Origin: a virus
Lineage: Duplodnaviria > Caudoviricetes
Direction: 5' to 3' (one strand)
IMG/VR virus record: IMGVR_UViG_3300014208_000023
Coordinates: 64,001 to 128,000 of that record
Length of the DNA: 64,000 nt
Part shown: piece by piece, positions 46,197 through 56,228 of the stretch
Layout: the number at the start of each line of letters is the position of its first letter
How positions within the stretch are numbered: the stretch's first letter is position 1
Program-made: the position numbers and the translations under genes
The notes under the pieces: model-generated
Told to the model about the DNA's origin: nothing
The model's database searches: none
What the model saw: the letters and a program-made list of their open reading frames with translations, nothing else

Positions 46197-46206
46197 CGTT
46201 TCCTTT

Positions 46207-46255
46207 ATTGCGGCAGGACATATCCCTGCAAACGGAGATATATCCTGCCCGACAA
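46207..46255. promoter_or_regulatory. intergenic hairpin after phoH
   Basis: GGCAGGACATATC / GATATATCCTGCC. Confidence 0.5.
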
Positions 46256-46261
46256 TATTGA

Positions 46262-47602
46262 TTAAAGAAGTTCTGCGGCTTCAGTTGCTAGCAAGCTTCT
46301 TTCGCCTTTGCTTAGCGTAATGTGACCAGATAGGTGTGATTTTTGAAACTTATCAATTAGATATGATAATCCGTTTGAAGTGGCATCCAGATGAGGATTA
46401 TCTATCTGCGAAGGATCTCCGGTTAAAACAATTTTTGATCCCTGACCAACTCTAGTAATTATTGTTTTAACCTCTTCTTTTGAAAGATTCTGAACCTCAT
46501 CAATAAGTATAAATGAATTGGCAATGCTTCTTCCACGTATATAAGATAGAGCCTCTTTAGTTATAGTTCCATTATCAATATACTGATGAAGCTTCTCTCT
46601 CCACGAGTCTTTGCCTTTACCCTTACCACTTGCGCTTTCAGAGAGCAAGAACTGGAATCCGTCATCTATTGACGCATAGTGTGGCGAAAGTTTATCATCC
46701 ATACTTCCTGGTAGATATCCAATGTCATTTCCCATTGACTCGGTAGGGCGATAGATAGCAAATGTTCCATATTTTCTAGCATTAAGAACTAGTTCTAATC
46801 CGCAAGCCAATGCACAAAGAGATTTTCCTCCTCCTGCTGGTCCAACTATACTTACTAGTGGAAGCTTTGGATCTAGAATCATATCTATTGCTAGTTGCTG
46901 CTCTGGGTTCTTCGCCATTAATCCCCAAGGATCTTTATCGCGAATTATTTTTACAAGGTTTTTTGTTTTTCTTCCAAGAGCAATAACTCTGCCATCATCT
47001 GCGGTTATGATTATGCATTCATTTGGATAAAGCTCGCCAACAATTGGAAATTCAGTTGCCATCAAATCACCGTTAGTGATAAGCGCGGCCCCCATTTCCT
47101 CGTCGTTAATTCTCTGAACGCCTGGGTAAAGATCCAAATCAGGGGCGCGATCATGATTGTAGTCTTCAGCTGAAATGCCGTTGGCTCTTGCTCTAATTCT
47201 GAGGTTTATATCTCGCGATATTAGAGTGACATGACCATCAACTGGCGCTGCCATTTGATGTTTTTTAGCGCAAGCCAAAATTTGATTGTCGCCATATGAT
47301 GGATCGGATCCCATTTTGAATTCAGACCCATCAGTGTCTATTCTAATTAGACAATCATTTTCAATTTCAATACCTAAATGTATCTCTCCAGTATTAGAGA
47401 TCTCATCTAAATATCTAGTAGCAACTCTAGCATTTTTGCCGCTCTCGTTTGGATTCTTCTTAACCTTATCAAGCTCCTCTAGAACTATAATTGGAATAAT
47501 TAATTCGCAATTAGTAAAAGCTCTAAAAGCAGTAGCATCATATACCAACACGCTTGTATCAAGAACGAAAATCTTACGATTTTTTTTATTTTTCATTATC
47601 AA
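46262..47602 (-). CDS. phoH: PIN-PhoH ATPase (PhoH2/YlaK type)
   Basis: FVLDTSV PIN domain; GPAGGGKS; RGRS; IDEVQN; GDPSQID. Confidence 0.9.
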   Translation of the reverse strand: MIMKNKKNRKIFVLDTSVLVYDATAFRAFTNCELIIPIIVLEELDKVKKNPNESGKNARVATRYLDEISNTGEIHLGIEIENDCLIRIDTDGSEFKMGSDPSYGDNQILACAKKHQMAAPVDGHVTLISRDINLRIRARANGISAEDYNHDRAPDLDLYPGVQRINDEEMGAALITNGDLMATEFPIVGELYPNECIIITADDGRVIALGRKTKNLVKIIRDKDPWGLMAKNPEQQLAIDMILDPKLPLVSIVGPAGGGKSLCALACGLELVLNARKYGTFAIYRPTESMGNDIGYLPGSMDDKLSPHYASIDDGFQFLLSESASGKGKGKDSWREKLHQYIDNGTITKEALSYIRGRSIANSFILIDEVQNLSKEEVKTIITRVGQGSKIVLTGDPSQIDNPHLDATSNGLSYLIDKFQKSHLSGHITLSKGERSLLATEAAELL

Positions 47603-47648
47603 AGGTCCCTATAGAAAGAGAGTAAAAAATTGAGTGGCAAAACTAAAA

Positions 47649-48035
47649 TTACTGCTGCATTTCGCTCCCGTCTTCTTTTTCAAAATCTTCAAAAACAGTC
47701 CAAAAATTAACTATCATTTCAAGATATAGCCTATCTTGAGGATCCTTTTGTGAAAGGTCTTGTTTTAATTTATAAGTGGATTTATACCATTCAGCTATTA
47801 GGTCATCTCCTACGCTTATTTTTAAGCCGCCATCCATGTCGTTAATTACGTGGATATTAAACTCTTTGAATGATTGTCGAAGTTTTTGGTGCATTTCAAT
47901 AGTAAGAGGCTCATCGGGGTCATACTCAATTGGGACCTCAAGAGCCTCTAAAACTGATTTGATAAAGCGTGACTGTTCCTGCCATTCAATGGCTTTCGTA
48001 TCTTCAGAACGGCTTAACAGGATCGAATATTGCAC
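47649..48035 (-). CDS. hypothetical protein
   Basis: 128-aa ORF, GTG start. Confidence 0.6.
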   Translation of the reverse strand: MQYSILLSRSEDTKAIEWQEQSRFIKSVLEALEVPIEYDPDEPLTIEMHQKLRQSFKEFNIHVINDMDGGLKISVGDDLIAEWYKSTYKLKQDLSQKDPQDRLYLEMIVNFWTVFEDFEKEDGSEMQQ

Positions 48036-48106
48036 TTGACTACAAACTAATGCGGAAAAATTAGTCAGGTCAATCTAGAGCAATATTCTATATAATTATA
48101 CCGATA

Positions 48107-50590
48107 TTAACACTTGGAATATCCACACACGCAACTAACACAGCCACTCTGATACACGAGTCCGTCAGACTTCTTGCAATCTGGACAAACTTTCTCGCTA
48201 GTCGGAATGGTTCCATCTGAAATATAGTGCTTCAATACCCTAGCCATTACTTTTGAAAAAGATGTAATATCAGAATATTTATCTTTTTGTAATTGCTCGA
48301 CGATAAACTGGATTGGAACACCATGTCTTAATGATAAGGATATTGTTCTACTGAAAGCGCCGTAGATTGGATTTTCAAATATATTGGCAATATCTTTTAT
48401 TATCATCTTATCATCGCCATCACCTACTTCTAAATTATAGATGCTAGAACTATTTTGTTTTTCTTTCTTAATGATCTTTCCAATTTTATATTTATTTGGA
48501 ATATCAATATATCTTGATAGGCCTCCGAATATCTCGTAAGGCATTCCTTTATGAATGCCAACAAATATTGTCCATTGTTCTCCGCTAATTTTTACCTTAT
48601 TTATTTCGCAAGAAAGTTCTTCTGGTCGCTTTGGTGATTGAGAGCTAGTTATGATTGCTGGTCTTCCAGAATAATCCGTCTTATCATCACCACTAATTAG
48701 AACTCCAGATCTGCAGCCGTCCCTATAGACGGTGAATCCTTTGCATCCGTTTTCCCAGGCGCTCATATAGACCTTATCCACTAACTCCTTGGATGCGGTA
48801 GATGGAAGATTGCACGTTTTGCTTATTGCGTGACAAGTCCATTTTTGAGCTACTGCTTGTAGATTGACTGACGCTTCCCAATTGATCTCGTTTGAGGTGG
48901 CGCCGTCATATGGTGATTTAGAGATATCAGTCTCTCCAGTTGCATCCATCCATCTTTTTACTCCATGGTGATAAACCTGAAACTCTTGCCACTTATCTCC
49001 TAATGCATCAGTAAAATCTACTTTTGCATTCTTGTCTGATGGGTTTATTTTTTTTCTTCTTTTGTATGAAAGAAGATAGGCCGGCTCAATACCAGAAGTG
49101 GTTTGAGTTTGGGTAGATACGGAACCAGCGGGAGCCGTTGTTGTTAGGGCAATATTTCTGCGGCCATTTTTTTTGTATAGCTCATATATTTCCTTGTCTT
49201 CTTTCCAAATCTGCTCAAGGAATGGGTGGCCTTTTTCTTTCTTAAAATCGAAGACTGGGAATGTTCCGCGTTCGCCAGCTAATACGCAAGTAGAGCGATA
49301 GCATGCAAGCGAAAGTGTTTTATACATCTCTTCGGTAATTTCTATTGATCTCTTTGATCCATATACAACACCTAGCGAAGCAATGGCGTCACCTAGACCA
49401 GTTACTCCAGTTCCGGTCCTTCTTCCATTTAAGCAGGCTTGACGTATATTCTTCCAAAGAGAAAGCTGAACTACCTTAATGTTTTCTGGGTCGGGGTCTT
49501 TAGTTACTTTATCAATTATTCTATCAATTGATTCAATTTCAAGATCAATCATATCATCCATAAGGCGCTGTGCTTTTTGGGCATGATCAAAAAATAGATC
49601 TCTATCGAATGCCGCGTTCTTTGTAAATGGCTCTTTAATATAAGAGTTTAGATTTAGAAGAAGTAGTCGGCAACTATCATAAGCAGATAGTATTAGCTCT
49701 GCACAAGGATTTACGCATATAGAATTGAAGCCAACGTCAGAATAGATATCGGCTGGGCTTCTGTTTAAAGTAGTGTCCCAAAATAGAATTCCAGGCTCGG
49801 CAGTTGAGTGAGCGGCATCTATAATCTGCTTCCAAATGCTTCTTGCGCTAACCTGTTTTGTTATGGTTGGGTTCTTGGCATCTACTGGCCAACGAAGCTG
49901 ATAGTCTTTGTTTTCTTTAACCGCCTTCATAAACTCATCAGATAGCTGTAGTGATATATTTGCTCCAGTTACTTTAGTTAAGTTTTTCTTTATGTTAATG
50001 AATGCTTCAACTTCGGGATGATGAACGCTACAAGTAATCATAAGCGCGCCACGGCGGCCATTCTGGCCGACCTCCCTAATCGTGTTAGAATAGCGCTCCA
50101 TAAAAACGCCTATTCCATCAGTAGTTTTGGCAGCATTAGCTGTACGAACGCCTTTTGGCCGTAACGTAGAAATATTAATTCCTACTCCGCCTCTGCGTTT
50201 CGAGATTTGAGCTAGCTCTTCATCGGCCTTAAATATTCCGGAATAAGAATCATATGGGCTTTCTACGACGAAACAATTTGAAAGTGATTGTATCTGATAC
50301 GGATTACCTATTGCGCTCATAGGGCTGCCTTGGGGTACTATGTATTTATAGTTATCAAACAAACCAAATATCTCATCTTCACTTAATGGGTTTGGATAAT
50401 TACTTTCTATCCTAGCAAATTCTTTTGCTAATCTCTTATGCATATTTTTAGGAGTTAATTCCAGATACTCTCCGTGCTGATTTTGCAACGCATATTTATC
50501 TACGAATACCTTTGCAGCCAAGTCATCGCCGTTAAAATAATTTGTGGATGCAGATAATACTTCTTCATAGGCAAACTTTTTCATACACAA
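48107..50590 (-). CDS. nrdJ: class II (B12-dependent) ribonucleotide reductase
   Basis: SNCF, GGVG, NPCAE, RRTGTG, TTAPAGS, KGFTVYRDG; C-terminal Zn ribbon. Confidence 0.9.
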   Translation of the reverse strand: MCMKKFAYEEVLSASTNYFNGDDLAAKVFVDKYALQNQHGEYLELTPKNMHKRLAKEFARIESNYPNPLSEDEIFGLFDNYKYIVPQGSPMSAIGNPYQIQSLSNCFVVESPYDSYSGIFKADEELAQISKRRGGVGINISTLRPKGVRTANAAKTTDGIGVFMERYSNTIREVGQNGRRGALMITCSVHHPEVEAFINIKKNLTKVTGANISLQLSDEFMKAVKENKDYQLRWPVDAKNPTITKQVSARSIWKQIIDAAHSTAEPGILFWDTTLNRSPADIYSDVGFNSICVNPCAELILSAYDSCRLLLLNLNSYIKEPFTKNAAFDRDLFFDHAQKAQRLMDDMIDLEIESIDRIIDKVTKDPDPENIKVVQLSLWKNIRQACLNGRRTGTGVTGLGDAIASLGVVYGSKRSIEITEEMYKTLSLACYRSTCVLAGERGTFPVFDFKKEKGHPFLEQIWKEDKEIYELYKKNGRRNIALTTTAPAGSVSTQTQTTSGIEPAYLLSYKRRKKINPSDKNAKVDFTDALGDKWQEFQVYHHGVKRWMDATGETDISKSPYDGATSNEINWEASVNLQAVAQKWTCHAISKTCNLPSTASKELVDKVYMSAWENGCKGFTVYRDGCRSGVLISGDDKTDYSGRPAIITSSQSPKRPEELSCEINKVKISGEQWTIFVGIHKGMPYEIFGGLSRYIDIPNKYKIGKIIKKEKQNSSSIYNLEVGDGDDKMIIKDIANIFENPIYGAFSRTISLSLRHGVPIQFIVEQLQKDKYSDITSFSKVMARVLKHYISDGTIPTSEKVCPDCKKSDGLVYQSGCVSCVCGYSKC

Positions 50591-50626
50591 TCTCCGTTCA
50601 TAATTAAAATAAATTCTAGTGTATTA

Positions 50627-51274
50627 TCACACTTCAATTTTGCTACGAAGAATATCAAGAGCCCCATTAAGAGTCTTGATGCAATTCGCGCGACTAATCT
50701 TTTTCTTTTCACACACTTTGGTAATAGATAGCGGCTTGTCACCATCGAACCCATATACTAAATTAACTAACTCTCTCTGATCATTAGAGAGAGTACCCAA
50801 TGCCTCTTGCACTGCAATATTTAATTCAGACTGTTCACAGGCTTTTTCAGGCGAATGTTTTGAATCCAAAAGAACCGGGAATACGCTTTCTTTGTGCGGC
50901 TTTGTTTTCTTCGCTATGTGCATAGGGTAGCGAATAACGGTATGATTGTTTGCGCTACGAACAAGTCTTGTATTTACGAATAGTCCGGCCCAAAAGAAAA
51001 AGCTTCCTTTGTTATTCTTGAATGTTTTCATTGCCTTAAGAAGAGCTTCAAGGCCCTCCTGATTAAGGTCTTCATAATTGGCAAATTTTCTATATTTGCC
51101 AGTCTTCATCTGAACGAAATACTTGAGCGTATCTAGGCACTCGGATTCGTATTGATGGTATGCTATTTTGTCACTTTCGGATTTCGATTTAGCGTAAGCC
51201 TTACGTAGCTCCGATAGCTGTTTCATCATCTTTCTGGCGGTCTCTTCCGTAATCATTGTTTTCCTAAAATTCAT
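50627..51274 (-). CDS. sigma-70 family RNA polymerase sigma factor
   Basis: EDLNQEGLEALLKA..F....GSF..WA region 2; C-terminal region-4 HTH. Confidence 0.8.
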   Translation of the reverse strand: MNFRKTMITEETARKMMKQLSELRKAYAKSKSESDKIAYHQYESECLDTLKYFVQMKTGKYRKFANYEDLNQEGLEALLKAMKTFKNNKGSFFFWAGLFVNTRLVRSANNHTVIRYPMHIAKKTKPHKESVFPVLLDSKHSPEKACEQSELNIAVQEALGTLSNDQRELVNLVYGFDGDKPLSITKVCEKKKISRANCIKTLNGALDILRSKIEV

Positions 51275-51354
51275 GGTAGCGCGTCCTCGATCTTTCTTAT
51301 CGGGTTAAATTAAGTTCTCGACAACTCAATTCACGCGCTACCTTTGAATTTTAG
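51264..51354 (-). promoter_or_regulatory. three-way-junction leader covering the sigma factor initiation region
   Basis: Two 10-bp arms (51264-51273/51345-51354 and 51275-51284/51333-51342) plus two inner hairpins. Confidence 0.6.
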
Positions 51355-51440
51355 AAATGGATTTTGGCAATTTTCAACTATCATTATTTCCTTTTAAGTT
51401 TAGAAGTAAAATAATGTTTTGTTATTCCCATTCTGAAAAA

Positions 51441-51713
51441 TTATTTTATATTTTCATCAGGCCTATATGTGCTTAATAGTTCTGCCGCAAATTCATTATC
51501 AATTTCTTGATGCACTAACTGCTGCATTATATGCATTTCATCATCTCTAATCTTAAGCTCCTCATCGGTGAGTCGGATTGTAGAAATTAAATTCTGCTCA
51601 AAAGACGGAACTTTTAATTGATTGCATTGCGGCAATTGTTCTCTCAATTCTTCTGCTCGTTTTATGCCCTGTTTGAGATATTCTTTTAATTCTAAATATT
51701 CTTCTTCAGTCAT
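51441..51713 (-). CDS. hypothetical protein
   Basis: Operon context. Confidence 0.6.
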   Translation of the reverse strand: MTEEEYLELKEYLKQGIKRAEELREQLPQCNQLKVPSFEQNLISTIRLTDEELKIRDDEMHIMQQLVHQEIDNEFAAELLSTYRPDENIK

Positions 51714-51862
51714 TTTATTATCCTTGGAACTGAACGTAATTGAGAAACATTAATTCCTGCCCGTTTCCAGTCTGGCCAAGATCTAACAATAGCAGCGGCC
51801 TCTTTTGCTTTTTTCCAGAAAATTCTATTTTCTTCGGTGGCCATATTACGAATTATTTTCAT
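51710..51862 (-). CDS. 50-aa protein (not in ORF track)
   Basis: FWKKAKEAAAIVRSWPDWKR; coupled. Confidence 0.55.
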   Translation of the reverse strand: MKIIRNMATEENRIFWKKAKEAAAIVRSWPDWKRAGINVSQLRSVPRIIK

Positions 51863-51925
51863 TTTACTGTTACCAACATTATTCCCCATATAATAAAAAT
51901 TATAGCCATAACTGCTAAGGCAAAA

Positions 51926-52090
51926 TTACTTGTTCGATCCATTGTTTTTTCTTCTTCTTTCACATTCTTCTATAAAAATAAAATCATTTATAATTTGATC
52001 ATCAATAAGTTTGGCGCAACTTTCTGCGGCTAATCTCACCAATTCTTCTCTTTCTTCATCAGAAAGATCGTCTAGAGTTTTTTCATTCAT
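51926..52090 (-). CDS. 54-aa acidic protein (not in ORF track)
   Basis: MNEKTLDDLSDEEREEL... Confidence 0.5.
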   Translation of the reverse strand: MNEKTLDDLSDEEREELVRLAAESCAKLIDDQIINDFIFIEECERRRKNNGSNK

Positions 52091-52349
52091 TTATTAATGC
52101 TCGTTTTTTGCTTTTTTCAACTTGTGCTTTCCACGCATCACGCCACTCTGAAGGCCATGGTGACGCTGGAACTAATGGCTCATTGCACCAACGAAAACGA
52201 TATAGGCCATTAAGAATGGCATCACTGTATGGTGACTTCTCTAATTTAGCCATAATTTCTAATTGCTCAGCAATCCAATTACGATCTTCTTTAGAAATGC
52301 GAACTAAATTTTCTGGCGACCAATCTTGACCAAAAATTATATTTTTCAT
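52083..52349 (-). CDS. hypothetical protein
   Basis: Coupled ORF. Confidence 0.6.
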   Translation of the reverse strand: MKNIIFGQDWSPENLVRISKEDRNWIAEQLEIMAKLEKSPYSDAILNGLYRFRWCNEPLVPASPWPSEWRDAWKAQVEKSKKRALINE

Positions 52350-52543
52350 TTGTTACCATATCCACTAGATGCCCAACCGCCGCCCTTTAAACTAAAAGCG
52401 GAAAGACTTATTAGTCTCTTGGGCTTGGGACTATCTTTGCCTTCCTCGCGACATAGAGGACATTCTTCTAGAGGATCATCAGTTATTTTTTGAGTTGCTT
52501 CAAATTGTTTTTCACATTGTTCGCAAGCGTATTCGTAAATCAT
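52346..52543 (-). CDS. FmdB-family zinc ribbon protein
   Basis: IYEYACEQC..F..TQKITD.PL..CPLC...FSLKGGGW. Confidence 0.8.
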   Translation of the reverse strand: MIYEYACEQCEKQFEATQKITDDPLEECPLCREEGKDSPKPKRLISLSAFSLKGGGWASSGYGNK

Positions 52544-52776
52544 ATTCCTCCTTTTAATTTCTCCACTTCTTCGGCCATTTTTTTCTGCAGCTCCTCATCG
52601 GTAATTTCATTGTTTGATCTCTTCTTTTCCGCTTCTGAAAGAGCATTATAAACTTGCTTTAGCTTATCAAATGAAGACGTTGGGGCTCGTCCCTGCTTTG
52701 CCTCACTAATAGCTTTTGAAAATTCAGCAAAAGCTAAATGGATAAGTTCTTTTTGATTTTTTTCTTGATCTGACAT
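52540..52776 (-). CDS. hypothetical helical protein
   Basis: Coupled ORF. Confidence 0.6.
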   Translation of the reverse strand: MSDQEKNQKELIHLAFAEFSKAISEAKQGRAPTSSFDKLKQVYNALSEAEKKRSNNEITDEELQKKMAEEVEKLKGGI

Positions 52777-52882
52777 TTATTTTCCTTAATTATTTTATAA
52801 GATCGCCATTCATCATCAATTCCTACGACAATTATTAATACCATAAAAATAAATGATAACAACAAGTCCAATCTTGGATCCA

Positions 52883-53218
52883 TCATCTTCTATTTTTATC
52901 CATCTGTTGTTGTAATGATTGGTATTTAGATTCGCCTAACACATTTGCATATAGGCTTTCTTTTTGATGAACCTCTCTTTTAAAGACGGCCGCATCCGCC
53001 TTGGTCTTATCGATTAGATCTCTACCAGTCAGCTCTACTATTCCACGACCAGACCCTCCAGAAATTAATCTGGTTACCTTGGTTGAGATGTCCTTGTCTT
53101 TTCTACAATGTGGGCATTCAGTTAGCTTGGCATCTTCTGATATTGAATGAAACTCCTCAAACTCTCCATGGCCTTGCTCTTCTGGTACCAATTCGCACTT
53201 ATAAACATATGTTGGCAT
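52883..53218 (-). CDS. FmdB-family zinc ribbon protein
   Basis: MPTYVYKC...FEEFHSI...CPHC...RLIS. Confidence 0.75.
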   Translation of the reverse strand: MPTYVYKCELVPEEQGHGEFEEFHSISEDAKLTECPHCRKDKDISTKVTRLISGGSGRGIVELTGRDLIDKTKADAAVFKREVHQKESLYANVLGESKYQSLQQQMDKNRR

Positions 53219-53219
53219 T

Positions 53220-54614
53220 TTATTCCTCGTTATCGGTTTCGAACTTCTCTAATTGTAGAGATATATCTTGATCATTTTGAGTTTCCTCAGAAAACCCAAC
53301 GTCGTTTAAAAACGCACAAGTTTCAAAGCTCTTGCGTAGTGAAAACTGCCCCTTGGGGCCACGACGATTCTTAATGATATGGCAGTTCATTGTTGGATAG
53401 TTTTGCTCTTCTGGCTTCGTCTCAAGCATAAGGCAAAGTGTAGATGGATTGATAATTGCCTTGGCTCTGGCTAGTCGAAAAACTCCCATCTGACTATCCT
53501 GCTTGCCTTGTTGAGTTTCGTTAAGCTGGACTCCGGTTAATAGGATTAAGTCATGGACCCTACAAAACTTGTATAGGTCTTCAGATATAGCCGTTTGTTT
53601 TAAATGGTCCTGATCTATCTCTTTATCGTCACAATCCATAATTCCGAGATAATCTACAACTACTACCTTGCTTTTGTGTTTGCGCTCAACGAAGTCACCA
53701 TATATAGCTTCCATTTGTGAAGCGGTGGCTCCCTTTGGAATATCTACAATAAGGAATTCGTGCTCGTAGTTCTTGATAAACTTTAGAGTTTTATCTAGCC
53801 TTACTTTTTGCTCATCAGTTAGGTTGGTGCTCTCAATTGCGCGAAGTGGTATCTGTGATATGTATGATATTAGTTTATCGAAACATTCCTCATATGGAAT
53901 TTCGAGTGAGTAATAAATGACCGAATGTCCTTCGCCGTGAAACTTATCATTATCAATAGAGTTATTTTGCATAAACATATTGACGGCCATGCTTAAAAGC
54001 AGGGTAGATTTTCCAGAACCAGACGATCCGCAGCATAGAACATATGAAGGAGATTTTAGGCCATTAGTGATAAAATCTAATGACGTGAATCCTGTGAACA
54101 TGCCCTTGGCTAGATCAGGATTCTCATGTCTTGCCTTAAAACGATCAACGAAGTTTTCTATTCCTTCACGTAATGTATGTTGGGCATAAACTTTTTGAGT
54201 ATCAACTTCTTTAATCGACATAAGGGCCGACTGTATGTTCGCATAGTTTTTGGCGAAGTCGGAATCCTTATCGAGGAGGCCCTTCAATCTGGCCACTGCA
54301 TTTTCCTGATAACGCTTCTTTAGTTTTTCGAGATCAAGATTAAACTCTTTCTCGTCATACTTAATTGCATTAATCTTCTCATAAGTCTTTTCTATATAAG
54401 CAAGAAATGTTTCATTCTTTCCAGCCTTATCTAGAAGGGCTCGCTTGGTTGGAATTTCTTTATAGATTTTAAGATAGTCAATAACTAATTTTGCAAATCT
54501 CCAAAGATCTGGATGCAACAATTTTTCGGAAGAATCCTGACTGAATTCCATCCCGTATTTTCGATTAGAAATAATCGTCTTGAGTATATCTAGGTCTAAC
54601 TTTTCAACGTCCAT
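53220..54614 (-). CDS. dnaB: DnaB-like replicative helicase
   Basis: TGF.SLD, GSSGSGKS, YSLE, VVVDYL, VQLN, KNRRGP. Confidence 0.85.
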   Translation of the reverse strand: MDVEKLDLDILKTIISNRKYGMEFSQDSSEKLLHPDLWRFAKLVIDYLKIYKEIPTKRALLDKAGKNETFLAYIEKTYEKINAIKYDEKEFNLDLEKLKKRYQENAVARLKGLLDKDSDFAKNYANIQSALMSIKEVDTQKVYAQHTLREGIENFVDRFKARHENPDLAKGMFTGFTSLDFITNGLKSPSYVLCCGSSGSGKSTLLLSMAVNMFMQNNSIDNDKFHGEGHSVIYYSLEIPYEECFDKLISYISQIPLRAIESTNLTDEQKVRLDKTLKFIKNYEHEFLIVDIPKGATASQMEAIYGDFVERKHKSKVVVVDYLGIMDCDDKEIDQDHLKQTAISEDLYKFCRVHDLILLTGVQLNETQQGKQDSQMGVFRLARAKAIINPSTLCLMLETKPEEQNYPTMNCHIIKNRRGPKGQFSLRKSFETCAFLNDVGFSEETQNDQDISLQLEKFETDNEE

Positions 54615-55362
54615 TGTCTTCCTTTACATTCTTTCTAAAATCAGGGCCTCTTGCCGCAAACTCTTTTACATTAGCCATTAAGCTTCCCAGGCTTTCTTTG
54701 AAGGCCCCATTAAATCCCTCTAACATATTTGGACTGTTAGATATAAAGATATTTGGTAGTTTATTTGCAAATCTGGTTCGTATGATATTTTCTAAAGCCT
54801 TAGCGAATAGATCTGCCGTGTTCTCTGAGGCAGTAAAGAACCTGCTATCCAACTCATCTATAACGAGCATATCTACCTGCACCAATTCTTTCTTGGCTGC
54901 ATACTTCTCTTCAAAGGGCGCCTCGATAATTACATTAACCATATCGGTCAGCGTAGTATATAGGCAGTTATAATTCTTCTCTGCCATCTTACGAAGTATG
55001 GACGTTGCAACCATAGTTTTACCTAGGCCATGCGTTCCTAATAAGGCGCAGTTAAGTCCCTTACTATAAACATTCTGCAGGTTGCTTATAGACCCAGAAT
55101 AAACAGTTTTAAATACTTCTGGGCCCTTAAAATCTTTCATAGAAAGATTCCAATATTCTATTGGAATATTGGATTCGTAATAACGATGAAGAGCGATTGT
55201 CCTTACAGAACATCGCTCACATATACCATCCATAGTCTCTGCCGACTTAATGTTTTTTAGAGAACATTCCTTGCAGTCCTGCACTAAAGCTAGTATCTGC
55301 TCGAACAGTTTTCTTTTGGGTATGTTCGATAGTGCGCGGGAACGATTGATTGAGTGGGACAT
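54604..55362 (-). CDS. DnaC/IstB-like helicase loader ATPase
   Basis: CxxC..CxxC; GTHGLGKT; LVIDEL; ISN. Confidence 0.8.
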   Translation of the reverse strand: MSHSINRSRALSNIPKRKLFEQILALVQDCKECSLKNIKSAETMDGICERCSVRTIALHRYYESNIPIEYWNLSMKDFKGPEVFKTVYSGSISNLQNVYSKGLNCALLGTHGLGKTMVATSILRKMAEKNYNCLYTTLTDMVNVIIEAPFEEKYAAKKELVQVDMLVIDELDSRFFTASENTADLFAKALENIIRTRFANKLPNIFISNSPNMLEGFNGAFKESLGSLMANVKEFAARGPDFRKNVKEDNGR

Positions 55363-55678
55363 AAGGGTCTTTCTTTGTTGCGGTAACTGGTAGCTGCATC
55401 TTATCTTTTAATGAGGATCTTTCTATGGCATTCATATCGCCACGCGCTTGAACTAGTTTTTCAAGATCTTCTTTTGTTTTATTTGGTTTCTCGGCAAGAT
55501 AAGAAAATACTTCTTGTGCCGTATTTACTTTGTAAAAGAGAACGCTTTCTTTAATATCTGGAATAACCGTAGATGAGAATCCATCCAAAGACTGTAGAAC
55601 CATCTCGTTGTTATCTAGTGAGATAAGGCTTCCTTCGACTTGAATTGCATTTTTGAATACTACTGTAATATGCTTCAT
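55247..55678 (-). CDS. hypothetical protein, Sm-like N-terminus
   Basis: ITVVFKN...VEGSL...MVL; 3' end overlaps the loader gene by 116 nt. Confidence 0.55.
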   Translation of the reverse strand: MKHITVVFKNAIQVEGSLISLDNNEMVLQSLDGFSSTVIPDIKESVLFYKVNTAQEVFSYLAEKPNKTKEDLEKLVQARGDMNAIERSSLKDKMQLPVTATKKDPYVPLNQSFPRTIEHTQKKTVRADTSFSAGLQGMFSKKH

Positions 55679-55688
55679 TGTTTAGCCA

Positions 55689-56228
55689 TTATAAATTGAT
55701 GTTAATGTATGCCACTGGATAAGCCACATTTATGGTGGTGGTGGTGGTTGCCGTTGAAGTTGTGTATCCTGCAATCGCTCCAGCATAACCAACGGTAGCG
55801 GTAGAAAATGTGTCGTAATAATTATTAGAAACTGGAGATATTGCGATTGGCGTAATTATCTTGTCCATAATTTTCTTATATTTTTCATAAAATTGAGTGG
55901 CTCTTACTACGCTATTTGGATAGATAAATCCATAGCTATCATATAGCTGTTCGATATTTCTAAATGGGCATTCTGAAGTAAAACGATATGTATCATATAT
56001 GAATTTCAATACGCCATTCATTATAATGACACGCTGTTCCTCGTTAATAGAGGATGAGGGCGCTACAATCTCAAATTTTCTAAAAAAATTCCTATCCCAT
56101 AATTTATATTTGAAAGTAAAAAAATCGGCGCCTACTAGAGTAGTTATATATTCAATATTTAATAACATTTTTTTACTTTCATTACCATCTAAATGATGGT
56201 TTATGTCTTGGCTTCTCAATAACGCCAT
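55689..56228 (-). CDS. hypothetical protein with Thr-rich tail
   Basis: Operon context. Confidence 0.55.
   Translation of the reverse strand: MALLRSQDINHHLDGNESKKMLLNIEYITTLVGADFFTFKYKLWDRNFFRKFEIVAPSSSINEEQRVIIMNGVLKFIYDTYRFTSECPFRNIEQLYDSYGFIYPNSVVRATQFYEKYKKIMDKIITPIAISPVSNNYYDTFSTATVGYAGAIAGYTTSTATTTTTINVAYPVAYININL

Noticed and set aside
3679-46245. Phage-specific GATATAT promoter motif
   Set aside because: Several copies sit before starts, but it is equally an extended -10 variant and a common 7-mer in AT-rich DNA; kept only as supporting detail.
48107-54614. Inteins in NrdJ or DnaB
   Set aside because: Lengths are normal and no intein terminal motifs interrupt the catalytic blocks.
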